64,000 nucleotides of DNA from Octopus sinensis (lineage: Eukaryota), in assembly GCF_006345805.1 (NCBI RefSeq), contig NC_043002.1, positions 33,542,001 through 33,606,000 on the forward strand, given 5' to 3'. Each line of letters starts with the position of its first letter. Position 1 is the stretch's first letter. The notes under the pieces are model-generated. The model saw only the letters and a list, made by a program, of their open reading frames with translations, was not told the DNA's origin and did not search any database. This document shows positions 13,680 to 24,334 of this stretch, piece by piece. The position numbers and the translations under genes are program-made.

Positions 13680-15560
13680 ATCTCTTAATTTCATCTTGTA
13701 TTGCCAGATCTAAACCGTTGCCCGGGAGTTGTAGAAAGTAGCTGCTACTTTAAAAATAGAATCCGTATTATATGTGGTGTTCCTGAATGATTTGATATTT
13801 TAAAAGTTGTTTTTTTTTAGTGTGATCTTCCCTGGAATTTTGCTGGGGGATTTTTCCAGTCCCGTTTTGATAAACACAAGACACCCGATTACTCTGGCAT
13901 AGTTCAAGTCCTACGTTTTAGAGATATCAATATCAAATTCTTTATGTCGAAACAGTTTTTTCTTTAAGCTTAACTGAGATATGCTGGTATTGTCACATCA
14001 ACCAGCATGCAGGTTTTTATCACTTTTTAATTGTAATATCAGGTGTGTTTGCTTTAATTTCCCAATCTATCTGCATTGGCATGTCCCATAAGATGGTAAG
14101 GTTACCATTTATGGTAACTGTTTCTGGTTTATTTTCATACTCTTTCTCAGACATTTTGAAATCATATTCCCTACACATTTTCCAGTGTAGGCATACTGGT
14201 GTCTGCTGGCGGTTGATATAATGTGAACGGTGGTCTTTTCAAATGTTCTCAATATTTTTCTGTGCCATCGTTGAAGATGCAGTGATGTAAACCGACGCTT
14301 AGAGTTTGTTTTCGGGCAGCGATGATAAAGCTATCCGTTTCTATCTTGCATCCAATATCTTTGAATCATTTAGTTGTCTGTTGTTGGCCAACATCTACCT
14401 TTTTAAGCCTTTTTGGATATTTGCCACGCATAACTTTCTTTTTACTGTCTTTTGCTTATTCTTTGTAGCCCTGATGTACCGCTTTTGTTTTAATCTATAG
14501 GCAAAAAATTGTCGAGTTTTTATTTTGTCTTAATTCAGTGATATACAGTTTTTGTGAGAATTTTCTTCACATTTGATTGGATGTAGTTTCTTTTGCTTAC
14601 CTGATGTTTGATAATTTACAAAAAATAGTAACATGATACGTAGAAATACGTATCAGTGATTAGGTAGTTTCGTTCAAGATGTATCAAACGTTCACCTCTC
14701 TCTGCTTTTGATGGCTAAACACTATCAACATTTTGCTTTTGAATGGTACGTGTTGGCTATTATCAGCATTTTCCTTGTTTTAGTAACTAGTTTTTTTTTT
14801 AATCATTCAGTGTTCAATTTACTGTATTAAAACTGAGTGACCGTATGTATAGGAAAACTACTGATAGATTCATATCGGTCAGATGCTTTTAGTTCAGTCC
14901 TTAGTATCAATCTAACTCTCCTGTAATATTCTTTTTGTATTTTAATCTTTCATGACAGAAAGCTGTATGTCATCTCTTTCCTTTATTCCTAGGTATTACC
15001 TTCATGTGTCTTTCTTATGAAGTTCCTTGATTTTTGTGTTGCTGTTAAGGTGTAATTTTGATGTTACAGTAAGCGCATATTTATTGCATGTAGCTTTAGC
15101 ACATCTACGTAATCTGAACGCTATTGCATTACCATTACTGATCCTCTTCACAGTGATTAGTAGATCACCTGACGGATATCATTGCTGGCGAAGGTTTTCA
15201 GATAGCCCATATAAAACATATGACTAAAATATTGACGAGCTGTTTATAATTCTTCCTTGCTGTAGTCAACTACTCATGGGCTTGACAAAATATCTTTGTT
15301 GTTGTTGTCTAGCTCCAGTTAAGATCATGCCGTCCTTCCCTGAGATATTGCGAATAAAGGGTGACATTATCTAATTTGTTCTCCTTTTTCAATTAGGTAG
15401 GTTGTAATTTGAGAAAGATTAAGTTGCTCTTCACAAAGAGTAACCATGCCAAATCACCCGATATCATTGAAGATTTTCATTGATCTATTTTGCAATGATA
15501 TAACATCTATTACTCCTGTTCATCTTATATCTAGGTGAACTGGAGTAATCGATGTCATAT
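13680..15560 (-). mobile_element. Second, older R4/Dong-like LINE remnant (RT thumb to RLE)
   Basis: Degenerate K.ET..FIIAA..Q.L, HWDMP, ANTPDI and GT.HI.R motifs; 3' end abuts (TAA)n at 13619-13678; 5' boundary approximate. Confidence 0.7.
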
Positions 15561-16256
15561 TGAATCTGTTGAAATATGACTTCAAATTAATTTAATTTTC
15601 TGTAATTTTTTTTCTCAATTATTTTCTCCTAATTATCTTGCTCACTTATTTTTCAGCAATCAGAACCGCAAGTCTTGTCTTTCTTCATATATTTTAAACT
15701 GATCCTATCACATTTTTACATTTTATCAATCATCATTTTGAAACGTTATTGCAGGCGTCAAAGTTTATCAGAACGAGGTTGTAGCCTCGTTTTAAAGTTT
15801 ACTGCAGTTACCTATTGCATCCTTTCATTATAAGGTTTATTTTTATGCTTTAGTTATATTTTAGTTGCTCTTTTCTGGCAATAAATGAATACCTGAAGAT
15901 TCCTTCTCTACAACCTTGATATATCCAGTAGGACATCACAATCGCTTCATTATCATATAAAAAAACCGTGACTACCCTTGTCATCGCAACATTACAACTA
16001 TGACATACTTCTACTGTAACAGAATTTCATCACAACGTTTTACTATTTAACTCATGACTACAAAGCAATACATGCCTTGAATTTGTGATAATCATATCAT
16101 ATTCCAAACTGGACAACAATATATAATTTTCAGCTATTTAATACCAGCGTATACACAAACCCACTGCAAATATTTCAGGTCAGCAAACATTTATTTCCAC
16201 TACACAAAAGTATACTAAATATTTCATTGCGTTTGCTTTTAATATGTTGTCTTTAC

Positions 16257-19200
16257 TTAGCTTTTGTTTCGAAAACATCTCAAAATTACAGAACGGAAAG
16301 ATTTTGAAACAAAACTGTACAAAAAGGCATTTATAGAATGCTGTGTAAAACCAAGAGCCATAAATACACTATCTAAAAGATCGCTTAATCCATAGCGAAC
16401 CCACGTTAATACATGTTGTATCATTAGTGGTAATTCAAAGATAAATTTGCAAATTATTATGGTAAAAAGCATGACGTTAATCTGTCGAAATTGTTGACTT
16501 CTATCTTCACGTGTGAGTGTATTTCGAATCCTGCTCTGTTGCCTCAGATGGATGATAATTAATATATTCAGTATGACAGTGGCTGATGTTGGAATAAGCC
16601 ACCCGTTAAACATTGTTATTAGTATAACCAAAATATTATGAGTTTGTTTAGATTTAACGCATTGGTCATTATTATAGGACCTCATGCCGAGCTGAGAGAA
16701 ATTAAGCATTATCTCAACTAGAAAGCAAACAACCACTGTAGTCATAACTTTGGATTTTGTGATGTAGATTTTAGCTTTCAATGGAAACTTGACCGCAATA
16801 AACCGTTCTGCTGACATCATAGCAATTGCCCAAGCCGATGTAGATTTGACAAAAACTTTCAGATAATGAAATGTCTTGCACATGGTGAAATTTAGGTTCG
16901 ATATTTTCCCTCCAAAGAAATAAATATAAAAATCGCTGTCAAAAAATACAATTATACCTGTAAGCATTTCAATTGTAGAAAGGAACACTGGTATATAAAA
17001 AGCCACTTCGTTTTTAAACTCCGTCGATCTAAAGACAAGAACAGAGATGGTGTTGCCAATTATTCCAGTAAATAAAATAGCTGGTTGAATTATAATATCT
17101 ACCATGTTAAATGTTTTATTTAAATCAACAGCTTGTGTCAAATTTACCGTTGAGGAATTAACATTCTCCAACTGCTTTGGTAATTCGGTAATATTAGAAA
17201 ACCCCAAAATTGTTTCCTTTGAAGAACGCAATTGTGTTGTGGATTCTTTTGATGTAACCACAGCTGAGGAGTGAATCAAGGACGAAGTTATCAAATTTGG
17301 AGTGGTTGGGTCGTTGGACGCGTTAGAAAAAGACTGAATCGTCTTTTGTGATGTTAACTGCTGACTGCTTTTTAAATCCCTTTTTATTAATTTGTGAATA
17401 AGAGCAGAATTAGTTGACTTAACATTAAATAATAATTTCCTGCCGGTGAACGAAGAAAATATTTCCTCTAAAGACTTGATTCGACGCCGAGCGAAATGCT
17501 TAGCGGTATTTCGCCTGTCTTTACGTTCAGAGTTTAAATTCCGCCGAGGTCGACTTTGCCTTTCATCCTTTCGGGGTCGATAAGTTAAGTACCAATTGTA
17601 TACTGCGGTCGATATATTGGACTGGCCCACCTCCTCAAAAATTTCGAGCCTTGTGCCTAGAGTAGAAAACAATAATAAATTAATTGAAAATTTACATTGA
17701 CTGGTCTGGATTGGAGAATTGTTTCCAACTGATTTCTGAAAATCTGAGTTCGAATTTGTCCAGGAAATAAATGGAATGGTGTTATATTTGAAAATTAAAC
17801 GAGTTATTGGAAAAAGAACTAAGAATCTACCTGTGATTAAGATAGTTATGTATTTTGATTTTTTCTTGATTTGATGATATGCATATCTGAAAATTTTGCA
17901 ATTCCAAAATACTTTTGGTCTTCGATGAACAAGATTAGATCTACAGATGACCAGTATGAAAGATCTATACTTCGAACGAAATTCGAAACGAATTAAAATA
18001 TTTGAAACTAGGGAAGAATACTTTGGCAAAAAGATTACTTCGTAGTTGTGTTTCGGAATAAATGGTGTTTCTTTAAATTTCAAATTTTCCTTCCGAAATA
18101 AAAATGTCAATAATTTTGGTAAAGTTATTTTATATTGAAGAGAAGATATTGGTTGTTCCTTATTCGATGTCAGAACTGTTGCATGGTTACTAGTAAACAT
18201 TAATGAAGGATTCTTATTGATCTGAATAGAACTATGGTGAATAGGTTTGTGGATTGTGAGTAAGCGTGTTATAAATGAACAACTGGACGCTTGAGAGGTT
18301 TTTCCGGTAGAAAGCTTGTTAGTAGTTCCTGGTGAGTTTACAGGTGAACCAGGATTGACAATAAGTTTCACGTTATTACTCGAGGACGCTTCTGCTATAC
18401 CGAGCGTTGTATGTTCTGGTAAATGTTTGCTACCAGTATCATCTACAAATATACTTGTATCTGTAATTTTAACGTGTTCATGACTTTCAGGTGCCACACT
18501 GATCTTGGAATATTCGGGTGGTTTTATATTCTTGCTACCTTCTGTCACCAGAAAGTTTGTTACATTATTTGGTAATACTTCTTCCAAAACCGGTAACCCA
18601 GTATGGATTTCAGAGTCTGAGTTAATATTCTGTTTCTTCTTTAGCATCAAATCGCAGTCTAGCATATATTTCGCTACGTTTTCCAAAACTTTTAAATCTG
18701 AAAGATAAAGTTTCAGCGTTGATTTGGCAGTGACGAAATTCTGTACTTTAAATTTAAAATTTCGGAAGTTATTGTTGAGCATTGCAGTAAATATAGAACA
18801 AATTTGAAAAGTCCAATTATATTTATAATAAGCCTGAAATCTTTCCGCAAGATTTTGGCTGTTCTTTGTTAGAAAATATTTCATTTGTTTATTGACTGGC
18901 TTTACTTGCAAGTCCTCTTTGATACCATTATGAAACTTTAGCACTTTATTTTGCAGTTGTTTTTTACAAAAATATATCATTTCCTCAGTCGATCTTTGAT
19001 CTAAATTGTTTCTTTGACAATTCATATGTTTTCTGTAGAATTTAGAAAATATTTCGAAAATTAATTGTTTCTGTTTAACACTGTTTATATCCATATCTAC
19101 GTAGATATTTCTAAATATTGCCAAATCTGAAGATATTCTTTTCCGGTTGTTTACCAACCTGCTCGAATATTTCTCTCCGTCTGAAATAATAATATTCTTT

Positions 19201-19328
19201 TTTGCTGGAGTTTTTAATATATTCTTATTGGCAACAACCATATCCTTATTATTTGTTAAATTGGAAGTTTTCCAACAGTGCACACCCACTGTTAACTTGA
19301 TTAGAAGAAGTAGATCCAGGAACAACAT
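16257..19328 (-). CDS. Single-coding-exon class A (rhodopsin-like) GPCR, FMRFamide/peptide-receptor-like, with signal peptide and ~740-aa N-terminal region
   Basis: Uninterrupted 3072-nt ORF from ATG 19328. The ORF track starts at a GTG at 19331; an acceptor-like atttcag ends at 19331, 2 nt before the ATG. The N-terminus MLFLDLLLLIKLTVGVHC looks like a signal peptide. The 7TM part (17105-16257) has GN (TM1), C3.25, ERF (DRY equivalent), ECL2 Cys, P5.50, P6.50 and N..LY (TM7). A cluster of NxS/T sequons precedes TM1. The 7TM is near-certain; translation of the whole N-terminus is likely but unproven. Confidence 0.85.
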   Translation of the reverse strand: MLFLDLLLLIKLTVGVHCWKTSNLTNNKDMVVANKNILKTPAKKNIIISDGEKYSSRLVNNRKRISSDLAIFRNIYVDMDINSVKQKQLIFEIFSKFYRKHMNCQRNNLDQRSTEEMIYFCKKQLQNKVLKFHNGIKEDLQVKPVNKQMKYFLTKNSQNLAERFQAYYKYNWTFQICSIFTAMLNNNFRNFKFKVQNFVTAKSTLKLYLSDLKVLENVAKYMLDCDLMLKKKQNINSDSEIHTGLPVLEEVLPNNVTNFLVTEGSKNIKPPEYSKISVAPESHEHVKITDTSIFVDDTGSKHLPEHTTLGIAEASSSNNVKLIVNPGSPVNSPGTTNKLSTGKTSQASSCSFITRLLTIHKPIHHSSIQINKNPSLMFTSNHATVLTSNKEQPISSLQYKITLPKLLTFLFRKENLKFKETPFIPKHNYEVIFLPKYSSLVSNILIRFEFRSKYRSFILVICRSNLVHRRPKVFWNCKIFRYAYHQIKKKSKYITILITGRFLVLFPITRLIFKYNTIPFISWTNSNSDFQKSVGNNSPIQTSQCKFSINLLLFSTLGTRLEIFEEVGQSNISTAVYNWYLTYRPRKDERQSRPRRNLNSERKDRRNTAKHFARRRIKSLEEIFSSFTGRKLLFNVKSTNSALIHKLIKRDLKSSQQLTSQKTIQSFSNASNDPTTPNLITSSLIHSSAVVTSKESTTQLRSSKETILGFSNITELPKQLENVNSSTVNLTQAVDLNKTFNMVDIIIQPAILFTGIIGNTISVLVFRSTEFKNEVAFYIPVFLSTIEMLTGIIVFFDSDFYIYFFGGKISNLNFTMCKTFHYLKVFVKSTSAWAIAMMSAERFIAVKFPLKAKIYITKSKVMTTVVVCFLVEIMLNFSQLGMRSYNNDQCVKSKQTHNILVILITMFNGWLIPTSATVILNILIIIHLRQQSRIRNTLTREDRSQQFRQINVMLFTIIICKFIFELPLMIQHVLTWVRYGLSDLLDSVFMALGFTQHSINAFLYSFVSKSFRSVILRCFRNKS
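17484..17678 (+). mobile_element. 5'-truncated SINE (family A) lying antisense and in frame inside the GPCR ORF
   Basis: cgccgagcgaaatgcttagcggtatttcg...gaggtcgactttgcctttcatcctttcggggtcgataa...ccttgtgcctagagtagaaa matches the intergenic/intronic copies at 1242-2282, 46090-46495 and 60301-60531. Confidence 0.95.
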
Positions 19329-20799
19329 CACTGAAATATGTTTGAATTGAGATAATAAAATTAAAACAATGAAAACATTAAAATATTAGAATTACAAGGT
19401 ACATAAGATATTTGATGTAGTAAAAACCACATCAGGTCAGAGCATAAGAAGGAAAACGTGAAAGAAAAACTAATATTTAATTAGTTATATTAAGTACAAG
19501 ACAGTGTTTGAAATTACTAGGATATTGAATAGACTCACTTATAAGTTTACAATTACGTGAGGAATAAATCTAACCTAAACTTAGTCATTGAAAAAGAATA
19601 CCACGTGACAATTTCAGGGCCTAAGATGAAAGAGTGAAAGAAATTATCAAATTACAGTTAAGAGAACGTGTGTAAAATACAATATACACAAAAGACATTG
19701 TAAAAACAGCATAAATATTAAAGAATCTACATGTATAGCATATTTGGGACTATCTGTAAGATTTGGTCCAACCATACTTACTTATAGTTAATGATAAAGA
19801 TTGTTATTTAGAATATAATCAACCCTTATATAAGGTGTGAAAGTGTGTAGCCTATTGGCTAGAGAGCTAGACTTATCATCGTTAGGCCATACGTTAGATT
19901 CTTACGCGGAGTCTTCGAGCAAAGCACCCTCTTCACGTTGCTCCGGTACACTCAGTTGGAAATTAGAACTCATGATATCTGGGAGTTCACTGGACAACGG
20001 ATTAGCGTCCCGTTCTGTGAAATAATCTTGTTTATCTGAGCTTCAGTGTCTTGTAAATTCAGATAAGTTTGGTTTTATGAGCCTGTTGGTTGGAATTCAC
20101 ATTACATTTAAGATAAATGGAATGCCGAAGCCATCGTCCGTAGCTCCACGTGAAACCCGGGTTTGCTGTTGCAGCCGGTCTCCTTTGCGTCTGAGGTTGG
20201 CTGGCTCACCTCGATCACGGCATGGTTGCGGCGTGGATTGCGAAGCGGCGTCGGTGGACCGGTCGAGCCCGTAGGGTTTCTTAAAAGTACGGGCGGCAGA
20301 AAACCGCACGAGGTAGAGCGATAAGGGGTCCAAATTTTAAATTTTTAATTCACCTGAAGAAAACGGTTTTCTTTTTCAATGATGTTATCAAATTATTCAT
20401 TAATAAAAAAGCGTTTCTAAAACAATTGTCGTGAACCTTTTATCCCATCTTCGTTCTTATTTTATGCGAACACCATTTCTGGTTCCTTCCCTATGTTGTA
20501 TATGGAACTTACATTGGGACGTGAAACTACATGTCGGTATGCATGAGTATATATTTTCGTGCACATCAATATTTACATGTATGCGTATATTTGTATGTGT
20601 AAGTGTATGAATATGTCTATATATTATGGGTATATACAGGTGTGTTTGTATATGGTATACACCAAGATATGCAGATCTCGATCCTCACTAGATGTCCTCA
20701 GCATTAAGGTACTAGGGTTCAGAAGAATCTTAGAAATAATTATTTATATCCATATCTTTCTATCTATCTATTTATCTGCCTGTCTATATGCCTTTCTTT

Positions 20800-21055
20800 T
20801 GCTGGGCTCAAATCTCATTTCCGAATCCATGGAAAACGAACCCGCACCAACTAAAGTGCCTATATGGCTGTGCACACATTTCAATGCAATATATGCCAGA
20901 AGGTCTGCAAATCTAACGGAGGCCTCAAAAGATATTTTAAGATCTACAAAAATCAGAACCTAACTGCATCTCTTGATAGCTCAAATCGGATATGCAATCT
21001 ATGTGGGTGTCTTGTCAAAACATTGTCTGGTTTTAAAAGCCTTATCAGATAGCTA
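20800..21055 (+). pseudogene. Degenerate tandem C2H2 zinc-finger-like coding remnant (RTE-LINE C-terminus or ZNF gene fragment)
   Basis: GLKSHFRIH*...FQCNICQKVCKSNGGLKRYFKIY...ICNLCGCLVKTLSGFKSLIR; His ligands partly mutated, in-frame stop. Confidence 0.55.
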
Positions 21056-21119
21056 TAGATACAGGAAGTGGTGAAACTCTGCATAAGGAGTAGACAACCA
21101 CCATATATATAGGTCTAGA

Positions 21120-21154
21120 TATATATGTATATATATATATATAGAGAGAGAGAG

Positions 21155-21246
<92 letters not shown>

Positions 21247-21252
21247 GCATAC

Positions 21253-21293
<41 letters not shown>

Positions 21294-21940
21294 GCATATG
21301 TATATATGTATGTATTATGTATGTAATCTATATAATGAAACTGCAAGATATGTTACCATATGTTGATGACGTATGTGAGTCAGTGGAGAGAAAGTTTCAG
21401 CTAATGATCTTCAGTGATCGATCCAACAGGAGTAACGTGTTTCTACTTGTTAGGTTCTTATCAACTAATTGGATTAAGTTGATTACAGGCTTTCTTGCAA
21501 TTATATTTTCTCGCAGACCTATACAAAGATAATTTAAATAAGTATGTACAAAGAGCAGAAATTAATTACAAATATCATCTTTATCCCTCTATGAAATAAT
21601 TATTCACAAAATGATGATGAGGAGGAGGAGGATGAAGATGACGACAAGGATAATGATCATATTTGTTCTCATCCTCATCACCACAACCACTCAGTCACTA
21701 TCAATATCATCACCGCTGTCGTCGGCATCCTCCTCCTCATCATCGTCGTTGTCGTCATCATCATCATCATCACCATCATCATCATTATCATCATCATCAT
21801 CATCATCCTCATAAAAATAGTTATTACAATATTTATTTTTATATTCGTTTTCGTCCTCACTACCATCTCCATCGTCGTCGTCATCATCATCATCATATTC
21901 ATCATCAACATCACCATTATCCTTATTTGTATCAATAACA
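21120..21940. repeat. (GATA)n, (TA)n and (CAT/CGT)n microsatellites
   Basis: Direct reading. Confidence 0.95.
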
Positions 21941-22695
21941 AAACCAGTTGCCGCAGGTTCCTGCCCGGGGCAGCTCTCTCATCATCCACTTAAAACAAAA
22001 ATAAAATCTTCAGAGTTGATTAGTTATTGTTCTACTTTGGTACAGGATTACTTTGGATTTTAGGTTTTAGTGAGCAGAAATTTATCATTTCCTTCTTCCT
22101 TTGTTAAATTTTTATAGAAACACTAAACCCACACAGGGATGAAAGATTAGTGTGCTTGTGTGAAGACATCCTTTCGTACTTTAACAGGGACTTCTTGTAG
22201 TAAGATCTGAATCATTGCTACCCTTGGTAATACAAAACGACGATATTTAATAGCGATTAGTTGATTCGTATATCCAATCACGATGCTGGATATAGTGTAG
22301 GTAAAACACTTAGGTATAAATCTTGGAAACCTCTTCTTGAATGGATTAAACCGGTAGGTCTCCCCAAAATTGTATTGCACTAAACTGTAGCTTCTCTAAT
22401 TTATGTCTAAAACATGCCCTTCTGAGCATATTGTTCTTAATGCCCTTCAATTAAGCAGGAAAGAGACACTGTAGAATCATTCAATCTTTATGAAATACTA
22501 ATCAAAATTATGCTCTAGTGTTTTACAAACGGAAGAATATTTTAGATAAGGCAGTCCTAAACTTAAATAAAACGGGGACTACTCATGCTCATAGGTTTGG
22601 TCGACTGGAGTAGACCAAGGGTTAAATGTCAACCACAGGTTATTGCTCTTCATTTCTAAATCACTAAGAATAGAGTAAAATATGTGTGTTTGTGT

Positions 22696-22885
22696 GGAGG
22701 TGCGTAACTTAATGGTTAGGGTGTTGGACACATGAGCGTAAGATTGCGGTTTCGATTTGTGAACCGGGCGGTTTACTCAGAAAAATTTACTCAGAAAAAA
22801 TGAGTAATCCTGCGATGGACCGTAGTCTCGTCCAGGTGGGGAATACATGCGCCACAGAAACTGAGAAACCGGCCTTATATGTCTA
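22696..22885 (+). mobile_element. tRNA-derived SINE family C (degenerate)
   Basis: A/B-box-like head ggaggtgcgtaacttaatggttagg...ggtttcgatt; tail cctgcgatggacc...aaaccggcc. Confidence 0.7.
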
Positions 22886-22978
22886 TATACTCGGGAAGGA
22901 TCTTTATTTCATCCTTCTCCTATATGTGTGTGTGTGTGTATGCATATACCCCATATACGTACGTATGTATGTATATGC

Positions 22979-23041
<63 letters not shown>

Positions 23042-23169
23042 CGTATGTGATTGTCATGTTATAAACAACTCCATGCAAGTCGTATATCGTACCATCGATA
23101 TATATCAAGGTTAAAAAATTAAAAGTTGTGGATACCTCCGTCTACCTTAGTATCACACTATCTAAATTA

Positions 23170-23830
23170 AATAATACACTTAATGAGGAGGTCGGTTAAA
23201 GACTTTTTAAGGCCTGTGATACATCTGGAAAGCTTAAATCGAGGCTCTGGTTGCAATTGGACATCAAAGTGGTAACAAAAGTTGAGATTTATCGAGCATG
23301 TATCTTAACATCAGTGTTGTATGGGTGCGAAACATGGACAATCTACCGCTGGTATATCCAATGTTTCGAGCGATTGAAACCAGCCATGCCTGCGTAATAT
23401 CCTGAAGATCTTATGGTAATTTCATATGCCAGATTCGAGGGCACTGTAGCTGACAAAAATGACGAGTATCGAGTCCATGATTATGAAGCACCAACTGAAA
23501 TAGTTTGCTCATCTCGTCCATTTAAAGGATACTCGTATTCGAAAATAGATGTTGTATGGTGATCTGGAGCAAATAAAATGCCCCTAGTGCGATCCACGCA
23601 AGAGTTTCAAAGAAAATCTTAAAGACACTTAAATCTAGGAAGATTTTGCATCAGATAGGGATCTGAGAGGCATCTGATTGCTACCGGAGTTAATGATTTC
23701 GAAATCAACAAGGAAAACCCTTTCTCTAAGAAGGACACGAAACAATCTCGGTCGTGTAACCTGTTTGGTCGTGGTGTCTATTTCATAAAGACATACCTAC
23801 TCAGCCACAAGCTTGTTCATGGAGGTAACC
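23170..23830 (+). mobile_element. RTE-clade LINE 3' remnant
   Basis: TKVEIYRACIL..VLYGCETWTIY..., LR.IL.I.W and a terminal C..GR...LLSH..VH zinc-finger-like motif. Confidence 0.8.
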
Positions 23831-24334
23831 CCGTTTACAATGTCATATCAAACAAGTTCTCTCGTACATCTTGTTTAACAAAGTGTGCGAGTCAACCAAT
23901 GGACTTCTCAGCATTGTAGGGCCCAACATCAAGTTGTTCGGGGTGTTGCTGGAAGGAAAGTGACTTGCAGTCGTTACGGCATGACTTGCAGGCCTTAGAA
24001 ACCATATGCCATATCCTCGGCGATAAGGAGTGCAAAGTTGAGATGTTTCTTAGAGCAAAATTTGTCAAGGAAGTGGTCTTAATCAAAAGATAACTTCCAC
24101 CATATTGTGAGACTCCAGTTCGGGAATTGTAAGGTTGTAGGATGCATGGAGTCACCCTTTAATTACCATTATTCCTAGGTCCGTTATTCTCAGTAGATAC
24201 CAGCATGCCGAAGAACAGACTCAACGATTCCTCTGCCTGTCGTAAAAGGCGAGTAAAAGAGGTCGAGGTAGGTAGAGAGACGGCTATCATCTGATGAGAT
24301 GAGGCAATCACCATGAATGTATGCTATGTATGTA

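Noticed and set aside
17468-17695. Small intron removing the SINE from the GPCR
   Set aside because: The closest GT (17695) and AG (17469-17468) pair joins T|AG, a stop codon. More distant splice sites cannot be excluded without RNA data.
16257-19331. GPCR as a gene nested in an SLC6 intron
   Set aside because: The SLC6 frame closes with TGA at 41016-41014, so the GPCR is a separate downstream gene.
19329-19331. GTG start given by the ORF track
   Set aside because: A eukaryotic ATG follows immediately (19328), and the G at 19331 is the end of an acceptor-like atttcag.
20347-20400. Hammerhead at CTGAAGA (20354)
   Set aside because: No stem II followed by GAAA and no stem I partner. The GAAACCCGGGTTT site at 20152 likewise lacks a CUGANGA core.
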